The notes under the pieces were generated by a model. The model was not told where the DNA came from, searched no databases, and saw only the letters and a program-made list of their open reading frames with translations. Below are positions 55,359 through 64,000 of a stretch of 64,000 nucleotides of DNA, piece after piece. This stretch comes from a virus. The position numbers and the translations under genes are program-made. Location: the IMG/VR virus record IMGVR_UViG_3300008963_000001, positions 1 through 64,000 of that record. One strand, 5' to 3'. Each line of letters begins with the position of its first letter. Position 1 is the first letter of the stretch.

Positions 55359-57043
55359 TATTTTTCTCTATCTGTGCTAGCGGGCTTTAGAAATTCTGGA
55401 GCTAGATTTTCATGCAGTGCCCACGGCTCGTGCATCGGAATGCGTTTCATAATACTATTTAATGTAAAAGTTTCTTGGTATTTTGAGGCGGCATATGTTA
55501 GAGATCCGTTTGTTACCGAATTTTCGTGTGTTATTAGATCTGTAACCACACCAGCGACGCCAGCTTGAGCCGCAGGCGGGCCGTTCATATCTATTTTAGG
55601 TGCTGTTTCTGTGTGATTACCTGCTATGCTTAAAATGTCTGTGTTTTGTGAGGCTGTAAACAAATTGTCTCCGTCGGTGTAGAGTTCAAACTTGTAGGCC
55701 GGCTGAACCGAGCCTTGTCCTGCCGCAACAGAAATATTGCCTTTGACGTTAACAGCGAGATTTCCATCTACAGGCGTGTCGTTTGCGTCTAGATATTGTC
55801 TTGTTTCAATTCTACCGTTTGCGCCTATTAGAATATTGGTATTGTAGGCGCTTTCAATCTGAACTCTGCCTGACTCGAGGTCTTCTGAATCTCTTATTCG
55901 TCCTTTGTCGTCGCTAGGTTCGGTTTTGCTGTACTCTGCGCTGGCTTTGATGTTTACGTTTCTACCAGCCTCCATGTTTATGTCTCTGTCTGCATATAGA
56001 TTTAAATCGTTTTGCGAATGCACAGACACACTGTCGTTGGCAAATATATCAATTTTTCCATCGGACGACATTTCAATCCAGCTGGTGCCGCGCGAATTTC
56101 CTAAATAAATTAAATCTTCAGAATTATGGAACAGCAATTGGTGGCCTGTTCTTGTTCTTATTCTTGTGTATTCGTCGGCAGGTATAGTAGGATCGCCCTG
56201 TTCTCCATTTTGAGTGTCTGCATATGCGTTGCCTTCTCCTATCTGGCTGGCTGGCGCCCTGCGCTGAAATCTGTCATCGCCGTCGTCAATTACAAATTGT
56301 GTTCCTCCTAGCCTGCTTACAGGAACAGGGTTAGGAGTTCTATTGAGCGTATCGCCTCTTACCGCACGTTTGGCACCGTTGCGTCTATCTAGCGGCCCGG
56401 GCGTAGAAATACCATAAACACTGTTGGGCGGTACTCTGCGAGAAGTTGTTGTGGTCACTCCCCTCGAATAATCTTCTATAAGTCCCTGCTCGAGGAACCT
56501 ATCTGCAATAGGATGCACAGGCTTTTGAACTTTATCTTCGTCTTTGATGCGATCCTGTTGACCATTGAGTCTTCGATTTATTTCGCCTACAGGCAAAGGC
56601 CCTGTAGTGCCGTATTTTTGTTGGTCTTCAGGTGTAAGCGCAACTTGATCAGTTGCTCCGATTGCAGGAACCATTCTGTGTGCAAACCTAGGCGGAATGC
56701 AACCCAGCCAGTAGCCCTGTGCAGGATCGTCATTAACAAAAACCACTAAAACATCAGTGCCTACATCTGGCGGCACAAACCACATGCCATATGATTTCTG
56801 TGTATCGTTAAAATCTTCTAGATTATTGCCTTGATGTTCGTAGGCTGTATTGCCAAAAAAAGGAAATGCAGGTCTAACAACATAAGGAACCTCGCCTTGT
56901 TTGTTGCCTTGATCTCTATATAGTGTGACCTGAAGAGCTCCTCCTAGAGTAGGATCTGCGTGTCCTATTATTCTAGCTGTTTGTATGCCGCTTAGTTTAG
57001 ACTGTGTCGTCTGATTATACGGTCTTCTTTTTTCTATGCTCAT
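55358..57043 (-). CDS. gp5: Baseplate hub/central spike, gp5/VgrG-like (OB fold plus beta-helix)
   Basis: 561 aa; GMWFVPPDVGTDVLVVF OB-fold motif; RTRTGHQ...IEMSSDG.IDI beta-helix repeats; no lysozyme domain seen. Confidence 0.85.
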   Translation of the reverse strand: MSIEKRRPYNQTTQSKLSGIQTARIIGHADPTLGGALQVTLYRDQGNKQGEVPYVVRPAFPFFGNTAYEHQGNNLEDFNDTQKSYGMWFVPPDVGTDVLVVFVNDDPAQGYWLGCIPPRFAHRMVPAIGATDQVALTPEDQQKYGTTGPLPVGEINRRLNGQQDRIKDEDKVQKPVHPIADRFLEQGLIEDYSRGVTTTTSRRVPPNSVYGISTPGPLDRRNGAKRAVRGDTLNRTPNPVPVSRLGGTQFVIDDGDDRFQRRAPASQIGEGNAYADTQNGEQGDPTIPADEYTRIRTRTGHQLLFHNSEDLIYLGNSRGTSWIEMSSDGKIDIFANDSVSVHSQNDLNLYADRDINMEAGRNVNIKASAEYSKTEPSDDKGRIRDSEDLESGRVQIESAYNTNILIGANGRIETRQYLDANDTPVDGNLAVNVKGNISVAAGQGSVQPAYKFELYTDGDNLFTASQNTDILSIAGNHTETAPKIDMNGPPAAQAGVAGVVTDLITHENSVTNGSLTYAASKYQETFTLNSIMKRIPMHEPWALHENLAPEFLKPASTDREK

Positions 57044-57086
57044 CTATTTCTCTTTAGGTGTAGTCTGTAATTTTTTTATTGTCACA

Positions 57087-59711
57087 TTAAAACGTGGAAT
57101 AAGAAGAAGAATTATTATTATTTCTATTTTCTAAATCAGCCGGATTTTCCTGCGGTTTTCTTTGCACAGTGGTTTGTGTTGCCAATTGATTATCTTGATC
57201 TATGTCAAGCGGCTGGTTATCAAAGTCTACACTTTGTCCTGGCATTCTAAGACATGTTAGGTTTTGTTTAAAGATTCCTTCTTCGAACGTGTTTTCTACG
57301 ATTACTACTTTGTAAATCCCGCTGAACGGGCTTTCCTGACCCTGCGTGGGAAATTTATATAAGCCTGTGTTTGTGTCTACGTCCGCTGGGGTTCTAAAAG
57401 TAATGTAAATGAAAACGTCTTGGCCTTCATAGTTCATCGAGCCGTCCTGTAGAATCTGTTCTGTGATTCCAGTGGCACTAAAATAGTTTGCTAGGCCGCT
57501 GGTAGAAAGATAGTAAGGATCACCCAGTATTTCCAAGTTGACTTTAATTAAATCCTGACTCGAACCTTCGATAAATGCTTGGTGAAATGCATCGGCAACT
57601 TGTTTTTCAGTGCTGGTTGTTCCGGTGCCGCCTTTGATAGACAAGTCTATTGGTTTTGGTCGTAACCTTCCTGTACCCAAGCTTGCGGCTTGCGCTCTAT
57701 CGTCGCCGCCACGGGGAGTTTCGGTCTCTACAGGCGGATCTTCTGCAATTCCTTGTTGATTGGGGTTGGCTTCGGACGTAGTATCTGCTTCGGGCGAAGG
57801 ATTGTTACCTACATAGAATAAATTGTTGATTTGAACGTCAAATTTTAATATATCTGTGTTTTGTCCTGTGTAGATATAATTGTAGCCTTTTACAATTTTT
57901 TCTTGTAGTTTTTCGTATCCAATGCCTGGTGTAGAAGGATTAGAAAACACACTTTGATGGACCAAAAACGGAACTACACGATATGTTATTTTTCTAGCAT
58001 AGTCTGCAATTAGAGGATCATAGTCTAAAAATTCTATTTGTACATCTAGTCTAAACCATCTTATAAAACCATCTACAGTATTGTCTGGATTGATTGCATC
58101 AGCTGCATATTTGCTGCTTAGAACAACTTTTGTGATAATATCGGTCAGAGTTTGCTTTTGAGTAAACTGAAAGGTTCGGTTTTTTGGATCGATGACCATT
58201 TTATCTCGTATCAATCTACCCTCTTCGTCTGTTACTTCGTCTTCTCTTCTAAAAGCAAAATTTCCTCCGTCTGACTGATCGAAACCAAAATCGCTTTGAC
58301 CTATTTCGTTCTTTCCAAAATCTGTTATCACAGGCGCATTTGTAGAAGATATCGTTCTCTGAGGCTGTCTTCTTACCGACTGTGTAGCGGAACGCTCGTT
58401 GGGAGATTCTGCTCTAATAAAATCGTTTGATTGTTCTGGAAATTGTACTTCATAGACATCAGGCACAGATATTCTACCTGCTTCGACTAAACGTTTTTCG
58501 TTTCGATTTAGAACAGAACAAAGACTGCGAGGATTTTTTGGGTCTACCAGTACTTCTTTGACCGTTCCTTCTGTGCTGGCTTCGAGGTTAATGTCTGTAA
58601 ACAAGGTGTTTATAGTGTCTCCGAATCCTGCATGATTGTACGGAATTCCTTTGACATTATATCTGCTTCCAGACTCGTCAACATTGAAATCTACATTTGT
58701 TAGACGCATTACAAAATACTTAGAGCTCACACTTTCGAATGCTTCGCCTGACTCTGAAAAGCCTTGAAAATCCAACTTTAATAGATACGGAGCATTATCT
58801 AAATAGTTTGCATAGCCTGCTTTAATAGCGGCATTTTGCATGCTTTGTAGCAACAGTCCCATGCTGTAAGGTTCGAGAATTTCGAAACTAAAGCTAACAG
58901 CGTTTTGGTTTCCGCTCTGCGTGTTTGCAGAAGTAAGCACTTTCATTTGAAAGTTATCGACAAAATATTCTGGTGCAACTTCCCCAAAAATTCCAGTTCT
59001 ATCTGCGTCGAATCTACCCGCGCTCGAAAAAACAACCGTAGAACTGTTGCTTTCACCTGAAATTTCGTTGTCAAACTCTGCTCCGGCGAAGTTATTATTA
59101 TTTCTATAGAGTTCTGGGTTGTTGAACTGTTCTGGCGTTAAACAGGCCATTGTCCATAAAGGTGCGTATGAAGCAAAATCTTCCAACTGATTTCTCTGTA
59201 GTCGAGGCAGATTAGCTGTCAGCTTAGTAGATGTTGTATTAGGATCTGATCTTGTAGGCTCGGTTTCTTTTTGTTGGCCGTTTCCGGAGACGACATTGGC
59301 AGACGCTCCCGGCTCGCTTTCACCGGTCGAAACTGATGCATTACCTTTGTTAACTTTTAAGCCGCTAGTGGACTGGGTTACTGCTGAGCCGTCGGGCTTG
59401 CTTGCCGGGAGGTTTCTCCCTGATCTTGCTTCCGCTTTTGCCCTAGATCTTGCTTCTGATTCATCAGATGTATTTCGTTGAGCTAGCTCTGCTCGAAGTC
59501 GGTCGGCTTGCCTTTGAGCTGAGCGGCTTAGACCACGAAAGTCGTTTGCTAACCACTCTGCTCTCTCTATTTGCTCACTAGGTGCGCCGCGAGCCCGCAA
59601 AGACCTGGCTGTTTGCGCAAAGTCTTCTGCATCTCTTGCTTTGCCTCTAGCATTTCTCTCATTTGATTCGATCCGAGCAAGTAAATCTTCTGTTCCTTCT
59701 TGTTCGGCCAC
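57087..59711 (-). CDS. Baseplate hub protein (gp27-like) with N-terminal low-complexity extension
   Basis: 874 aa; FEILEPYSMG, LEILGDPYYL, FSGIYKVVIVENTF..G.F.Q.L typical of hub proteins; located between gp5 and gp53. Confidence 0.7.
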   Translation of the reverse strand: MAEQEGTEDLLARIESNERNARGKARDAEDFAQTARSLRARGAPSEQIERAEWLANDFRGLSRSAQRQADRLRAELAQRNTSDESEARSRAKAEARSGRNLPASKPDGSAVTQSTSGLKVNKGNASVSTGESEPGASANVVSGNGQQKETEPTRSDPNTTSTKLTANLPRLQRNQLEDFASYAPLWTMACLTPEQFNNPELYRNNNNFAGAEFDNEISGESNSSTVVFSSAGRFDADRTGIFGEVAPEYFVDNFQMKVLTSANTQSGNQNAVSFSFEILEPYSMGLLLQSMQNAAIKAGYANYLDNAPYLLKLDFQGFSESGEAFESVSSKYFVMRLTNVDFNVDESGSRYNVKGIPYNHAGFGDTINTLFTDINLEASTEGTVKEVLVDPKNPRSLCSVLNRNEKRLVEAGRISVPDVYEVQFPEQSNDFIRAESPNERSATQSVRRQPQRTISSTNAPVITDFGKNEIGQSDFGFDQSDGGNFAFRREDEVTDEEGRLIRDKMVIDPKNRTFQFTQKQTLTDIITKVVLSSKYAADAINPDNTVDGFIRWFRLDVQIEFLDYDPLIADYARKITYRVVPFLVHQSVFSNPSTPGIGYEKLQEKIVKGYNYIYTGQNTDILKFDVQINNLFYVGNNPSPEADTTSEANPNQQGIAEDPPVETETPRGGDDRAQAASLGTGRLRPKPIDLSIKGGTGTTSTEKQVADAFHQAFIEGSSQDLIKVNLEILGDPYYLSTSGLANYFSATGITEQILQDGSMNYEGQDVFIYITFRTPADVDTNTGLYKFPTQGQESPFSGIYKVVIVENTFEEGIFKQNLTCLRMPGQSVDFDNQPLDIDQDNQLATQTTVQRKPQENPADLENRNNNNSSSYSTF

Positions 59712-59712
59712 C

Positions 59713-60012
59713 TTATACTCCTAAAAATCTTTGTAGATTGGATTTTTTTGGTATTTTTATCCTAACACCTGGCTCAAAATCATAGATAGGATCTTTTATA
59801 ACACTCATGTTGCGCTGAACAAACACCCACCATAGTTTGGAATTTCCGTATAGATCGTATGCAAGTAGGTCTGGTCTGTGCCTATACTGGCTTTCGATTG
59901 TGTATTCGAAGTCGTCCGATTCTGATGGTACAGGTCTTATGTTTAACAATTCGAGATATGAACGATTTTGTCTAGTGTCCGAATAAGGACTGTATTTAGA
60001 ATAAGTTGCCAT
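59713..60012 (-). CDS. gp53: Baseplate wedge gp53/LysM-like protein
   Basis: 99 aa; RPDLLAYDLYG...LWWVF..RN motif. Confidence 0.8.
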   Translation of the reverse strand: MATYSKYSPYSDTRQNRSYLELLNIRPVPSESDDFEYTIESQYRHRPDLLAYDLYGNSKLWWVFVQRNMSVIKDPIYDFEPGVRIKIPKKSNLQRFLGV

Positions 60013-61172
60013 TAGATGTATCCTTGACCTGTTCCGCTTGCGCCGGTTGTCATAGAGCCATTAGCATACTCTTGCAAACTAAACTGACGCATTTTGCTTC
60101 TGCTGTAGATCGGCTTGCAAGTAACTGATATACTGCTCAACACAGGGACCCAGGTATTGGTCTTTTCATACTTAACATAGTTAACATCTTCGTTGAGCTG
60201 AACGTTAAAATTAGTAATAACCACAGGCACATTATTAAAGATGCTTGCACCATAACCAGACAGTTGGCAAATTATAGGCGGATTGCCGGCGTTTGTGCTG
60301 GCACCGTAAAACATTTTTGTTGCTGTTTTTAAGAAAGTAGTTGCAGCAATCCAATATTCTGCATCTGTGCTGGTTTCTGCCGAAAATTCCCCTACAATTT
60401 GTATGTCATCTACTTGGCTGCTTTTGTAACCTAGAATTGGATAATTTGTGTGCACGGGATCAATTTGATTGTAGTTTGCTGTAGTAGACACAGTTACCTG
60501 TGGAATATATGGCCAAACTAAGCCTCCCGTGTCTTCTAAACGCTTAAATAACTTGCTGTTAAACTGGTTCCATTGGCAATTGATTTTTACCCTCCAATCA
60601 TTTTTAGGTGTTGCTTTTATTTCTATGGGCTGGCCTGTAGACTGGAAAAGTTCGCCGCCCGCTGGCAGATTTGCGCCTCTTTTAAGGCTGAGTATGTTGT
60701 TGAGAGCACCTGCCGCGCCGGAAATATTGCCTAGTGCGTCTTGCACGCCCGATGCCAAACTGCCTCCGGTGATCTGTTCGAGATTGCCTGCTAGGTCCGA
60801 CGTTATGTTGGATATCGCAGGTACTGCCTCAGATAAAGTGTCTAAACCGGCTGAATCTACTCTGTTCTGCACTGATTCTATGCCAGGCCCGATGCCCCTA
60901 ACGTTCGGCGGGGCACCGCCGCCGAGGCTAGTGTTTGCATCAAACTCACTGATAGCATTGTCTAAATATGATCCCTCAAGAGGCGAAGGTCCTAAACCGC
61001 TGCCTAGTCCGCCTGCTAACTGGTTAGTAAGGCCGTCGACACCTTGCTTGGCAGCTTGCGAGATTTCCGACAACCCTTGGGAAAAACCATCTGTCGCAGA
61101 AGATGCGGCTGCGGATATTTCCGAGGAAACATTCGATACCAGTTTAGCTAGAGGGGAAGTCGATCGTGCCAT
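60012..61172 (-). CDS. Tail tube initiator, gp48/gp54-like
   Basis: 386 aa; Gly/Ser-rich N-half, C-half with WPYIPQV...NPPIICQLSGYG...FNNVPVVITNF tube-fold motifs. Confidence 0.7.
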   Translation of the reverse strand: MARSTSPLAKLVSNVSSEISAAASSATDGFSQGLSEISQAAKQGVDGLTNQLAGGLGSGLGPSPLEGSYLDNAISEFDANTSLGGGAPPNVRGIGPGIESVQNRVDSAGLDTLSEAVPAISNITSDLAGNLEQITGGSLASGVQDALGNISGAAGALNNILSLKRGANLPAGGELFQSTGQPIEIKATPKNDWRVKINCQWNQFNSKLFKRLEDTGGLVWPYIPQVTVSTTANYNQIDPVHTNYPILGYKSSQVDDIQIVGEFSAETSTDAEYWIAATTFLKTATKMFYGASTNAGNPPIICQLSGYGASIFNNVPVVITNFNVQLNEDVNYVKYEKTNTWVPVLSSISVTCKPIYSRSKMRQFSLQEYANGSMTTGASGTGQGYI

Positions 61173-61198
61173 TTTTTTAAAAAATCTCCATATAACTC

Positions 61199-61227
61199 TA
61201 TTTATTTTTAAAATTATGTGCTACTAT
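61199..61227. promoter_or_regulatory. Divergent promoter region
   Basis: Minus-strand TAAATA at 61204-61199 for the baseplate operon; plus-strand extended -10 TGcTACTAT at 61219-61227 for gp55. Confidence 0.5.
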
Positions 61228-61253
61228 TATTATATAAGGAGAATATTAACAAC

Positions 61254-62102
61254 ATGACCAGAAGAGTAAAGTATCTAAACAATCGTGATCTACTAAAAGA
61301 AATACACAAAAGCAAAACTACTTATTGTAGTTACATCCAGCCTGAATATCATCAATTTGATATTATTGTTCCCAGTATCGACAAGATCAACATAAGAACA
61401 ACAGCAGAAGCCAAAAGAAATCAAGCCGCAAGAATTGCAAAAGCAAATTGGGAAGCTGCTTGCGAACAGGTTACCTCAGGCAAAAAACCTAGTCAAAAAG
61501 AATTCGAAATCGATTATAAAAAAATCAAAAAACAAGACGTAGTATTTCGTGTAATGACCTTTGAGCACATTCCGCTTGCGCCTGGACGCAAGAAAACAGT
61601 CAAGACCGTTGCAGACGCACACGAAAAAGTTAACTTTCCTCCCTTTCAGCACTGGAAGTTTGACGAAAACGATAACCTAATATGCGTGGGCAAAAGCCAC
61701 TGGAAAGGCGACGTTCACAATGGTGAATTTTCTAAAACACACGGACACACCACAGAAGAACTTGCAAAAATGTGGATGAAACTGTGTGAACGTTATGCTA
61801 CCAGAGGCAATGTGCGTGGCTATACCTATAACGATGAGATGCGCGGTCAAGCAATACTTCAGCTTACACAAATCGGTCTACAGTTTGACGAAAGCAAATC
61901 TGACAATCCGTTTGCATACTATACCGCAGCAGTTACCAACAGTTTTGTGAGAATCATTAATATTGAAAAACGAAATCAATCAATCAGAGACGACATATTG
62001 GAAATGAACGGCATGAATCCAAGCTGGACTAGACAAAACGAAGGAAGAGACAACGGCCTAGAACAGCCCCGCGCTATCTATCAGGGCAAAGAGGACAGTT
62101 GA
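61254..62102 (+). CDS. gp55: Late-transcription sigma factor, T4 gp55-like
   Basis: Start reassigned to ATG 61254 (SD AAGGAG); YLNNRDLL, GYTYNDEM, FDESKSDNPFAYYT..V.NSF; upstream of gp47-gp46 as in T4. Confidence 0.8.
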   Translation: MTRRVKYLNNRDLLKEIHKSKTTYCSYIQPEYHQFDIIVPSIDKINIRTTAEAKRNQAARIAKANWEAACEQVTSGKKPSQKEFEIDYKKIKKQDVVFRVMTFEHIPLAPGRKKTVKTVADAHEKVNFPPFQHWKFDENDNLICVGKSHWKGDVHNGEFSKTHGHTTEELAKMWMKLCERYATRGNVRGYTYNDEMRGQAILQLTQIGLQFDESKSDNPFAYYTAAVTNSFVRIINIEKRNQSIRDDILEMNGMNPSWTRQNEGRDNGLEQPRAIYQGKEDS

Positions 62103-62127
62103 CATATGATCGTTGATATTGTATTAT
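62099..62127 (+). promoter_or_regulatory. sigma70-type promoter for gp47-gp46
   Basis: TTGACA(62099-62104)-N17-TATTAT(62122-62127); SD GGAGG before ATG 62143. Confidence 0.7.
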
Positions 62128-62142
62128 ACATGTGGAGGATTT

Positions 62143-63153
62143 ATGTCACTGTTTAAAAAAGCCGCATGTTTTACCGACATACACTTTGGTATGAAAAACG
62201 GCAGTCGCATTCATAATTCAGATTGTGAAGAATTTGTCAAATGGTTTTGCGAACAGGCAAAACAGGAAGGTTGCGAGACCTGTATCTTTCTAGGCGATTG
62301 GCATCACAACAGAAGTAGTGTGGATGTCAGTACTATGAACTATTCTGTGTCGAATCTCGAAAGATTGAGTAAATCATTTACAGATGTGTATGTAATACTA
62401 GGCAACCACGACGAATATTACAAAGACAAGAGAGAAATACATTCGGTTGAATTTGCAAGACTGTTTCCCAACGTCCACCTAGTAAACGAAATTTTCACTG
62501 ACGGCGATGTAAGCATTGTACCGTGGCTGGTAGGCGATGAGTGGCAAGAAATCTCTAAAATCCAATCTCGTTATATTTTTGGTCATTTTGAACTGCCCAG
62601 CTTTTACATGAACGCAATGGTACAGATGCCTGATCACGGCAGCTTGCGAGCAAGCCACTTTCAGAATCAAGAATATGTGTTTACAGGTCACTTTCACAAG
62701 CGTCAGCAGAGAAACAATATTGTGTACATGGGCAATGCATTTCCTCACAACTATGCAGACGCCGGCGACGACGAACGCGGTATGATGATTTTAGAGTGGG
62801 GCAAGGAGCCTGTGTATCGTGCATGGCCCGATCAGCCCAAATATCGTGTGTACAAACTGAGCCAAATACTGGAAAAGCCAGATGAACTGCTGTTCCCAAA
62901 AATGCACTGCCGTGCAACTATTGATGTAGAATTGAGCTTTGAAGAAGCCAACTTTATCAAAGAACAGTTTATTCCGCAATATGATCTACGAGAGTTACAG
63001 ATGATTCCAGAGAAAGTTGAGGTGGATTCGCAGACCGCAGTAGTTGACATGAATTTTGAAAGCGTTGACACTATTGTTATGAATTCTCTCACAAGTCTTG
63101 ACACAGAAAGTTATGATCATAAACTGTTATTGGATCTATACAAAGACCTATGA
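62143..63153 (+). CDS. gp47: Recombination endonuclease subunit, Mre11/SbcD-like
   Basis: Start reassigned to ATG 62143; metallophosphoesterase motifs DIHFG, FLGDWHH, LGNHD, FGH, TGHFH. Confidence 0.95.
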   Translation: MSLFKKAACFTDIHFGMKNGSRIHNSDCEEFVKWFCEQAKQEGCETCIFLGDWHHNRSSVDVSTMNYSVSNLERLSKSFTDVYVILGNHDEYYKDKREIHSVEFARLFPNVHLVNEIFTDGDVSIVPWLVGDEWQEISKIQSRYIFGHFELPSFYMNAMVQMPDHGSLRASHFQNQEYVFTGHFHKRQQRNNIVYMGNAFPHNYADAGDDERGMMILEWGKEPVYRAWPDQPKYRVYKLSQILEKPDELLFPKMHCRATIDVELSFEEANFIKEQFIPQYDLRELQMIPEKVEVDSQTAVVDMNFESVDTIVMNSLTSLDTESYDHKLLLDLYKDL

Positions 63154-64000
63154 TTAAAATAAAAAATCTAACCGTACAGAATTTCATGAGCGTTGGAAAT
63201 CAGACGCAGGCCATTGACTTTGATCGAGGACACCTTACATTGGTGTTAGGCGAAAATCTCGATCTCGGCGGAGACGATGGTGGCAATCGCAACGGCACTG
63301 GCAAAACAACTATAGTTAACAGTTTGAGCTATGCGCTGTATGGTCAGGCTCTTACAAATATTAAAAAAGATAATCTAGTAAACAAAATCAACAACAAGCA
63401 CATGCTTGTGACCTGTACTTTTGAAAAAGACGGTGTTGAATATCACATTGAACGCGGCCGTAGGCCTAATGTATTAAAACTAAAAATTAACGGGCACGAT
63501 CAAGTGCCAGAAGACAGCGACGAAAGCCAAGGCGACAGTCGAGAAACACAAAAAGCCATTGAAGATATCATAGGCATGAGTCACATGATGTTCAAACATC
63601 TTGTAGCTCTCAACACCTATACTGAACCGTTTCTTTCGATGCGAGCTAACGATCAGCGCGATATCATCGAGCAGTTGCTTGGCATAACCATGCTGTCTGA
63701 AAAAGCAGAAAAGCTGAAAGAAAACAATAAGTTTATCAAAGACGAAATCAAGACCGAAACTGCTAAAATAGACGCAATCAAAAGCAGCAACGATAAGATT
63801 CTAGAATCGATTCACGGCCTCGAAAGAAAACAAAAAATTTGGAACGACAACAAAACACGCGACCTTAACGATATCGAAGTGGCTATAGAAAAACTGGCTC
63901 ATATAGACATCGAACAAGAAATTGAAAATCAACGTTTGTTAACAGAATGGCGAGAGCGCAAGCGAGAACGAGAAAACATCGAAAGCATGCTGGCTAGACA
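63150..64000 (+). CDS. gp46: Recombination ATPase subunit, Rad50/SbcC-like (3'-truncated by window edge)
   Basis: ATGA-coupled to gp47; IKNLTVQNFMSVGN, Walker A NGTGKTT, FKHLVALN...QRDIIEQLLG, then coiled coil to the window end. Confidence 0.95.
   Translation, partial: MIKIKNLTVQNFMSVGNQTQAIDFDRGHLTLVLGENLDLGGDDGGNRNGTGKTTIVNSLSYALYGQALTNIKKDNLVNKINNKHMLVTCTFEKDGVEYHIERGRRPNVLKLKINGHDQVPEDSDESQGDSRETQKAIEDIIGMSHMMFKHLVALNTYTEPFLSMRANDQRDIIEQLLGITMLSEKAEKLKENNKFIKDEIKTETAKIDAIKSSNDKILESIHGLERKQKIWNDNKTRDLNDIEVAIEKLAHIDIEQEIENQRLLTEWRERKRERENIESMLAR

Noticed and set aside
60529-61257. 242-aa plus-strand ORF overlapping the gp48/54-like gene
   Set aside because: Antisense shadow of a Gly/Ser/Ala-rich gene, with no SD or motif, running through the promoter gap.
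316-63104. Numerous 60-140 aa ORFs nested in or antisense to the large genes
   Set aside because: They lie wholly within well-supported genes, lack SDs and recognisable motifs, and are expected by chance.
1-64000. Stop-codon recoding, tRNA genes, CRISPR arrays, IS elements
   Set aside because: Genes are intact under code 11 with TAA, TAG and TGA all used as stops; intergenic gaps are too short for these elements and none was seen by eye.

Overview
A gene-dense segment of a large lytic T4-like (myovirus-type) phage genome, standard genetic code. I found no tRNA, rRNA, CRISPR array, integrase or transposase. From left to right: (1) a replication block on + (GapR/DsbA-like DNA-binding protein, family B DNA polymerase, gp45-like clamp); (2) a 7-deazaguanine DNA-modification cluster (DpdA-type transglycosylase, QueD-like protein with an LxxxHRHxF motif, GT-B glycosyltransferase, FolE, cupin, purine phosphoribosyltransferase, HIT protein, QueE with an unusual CX3CX36C motif); (3) RNase H/flap nuclease and small hypothetical genes; (4) a ~10 kb glycan/radical-SAM locus (UDP-glucose dehydrogenase, GT10-like, SGNH-like, two radical SAM enzymes, four GT-A-like proteins); (5) a ~35 kb minus-strand tail-fibre/baseplate module including a 4626-aa protein and gp6, gp25, gp5, hub, gp53 and gp48/54-like genes; (6) gp55 late sigma factor, gp47 and the start of gp46 on +. 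Intergenic gaps carry sigma70-type promoters, a recurring TAAATA late-promoter box, and several structured 5' leaders (upstream of polB, folE and the 13575 gene). All protein calls come from motifs read by eye and recalled family knowledge; no database search was run. The best candidates for new biology are a possibly glycosylated or otherwise elaborated 7-deazaguanine DNA modification with a compact riboswitch-like folE leader, and a soluble glycosylation/radical-SAM operon next to the virion genes.
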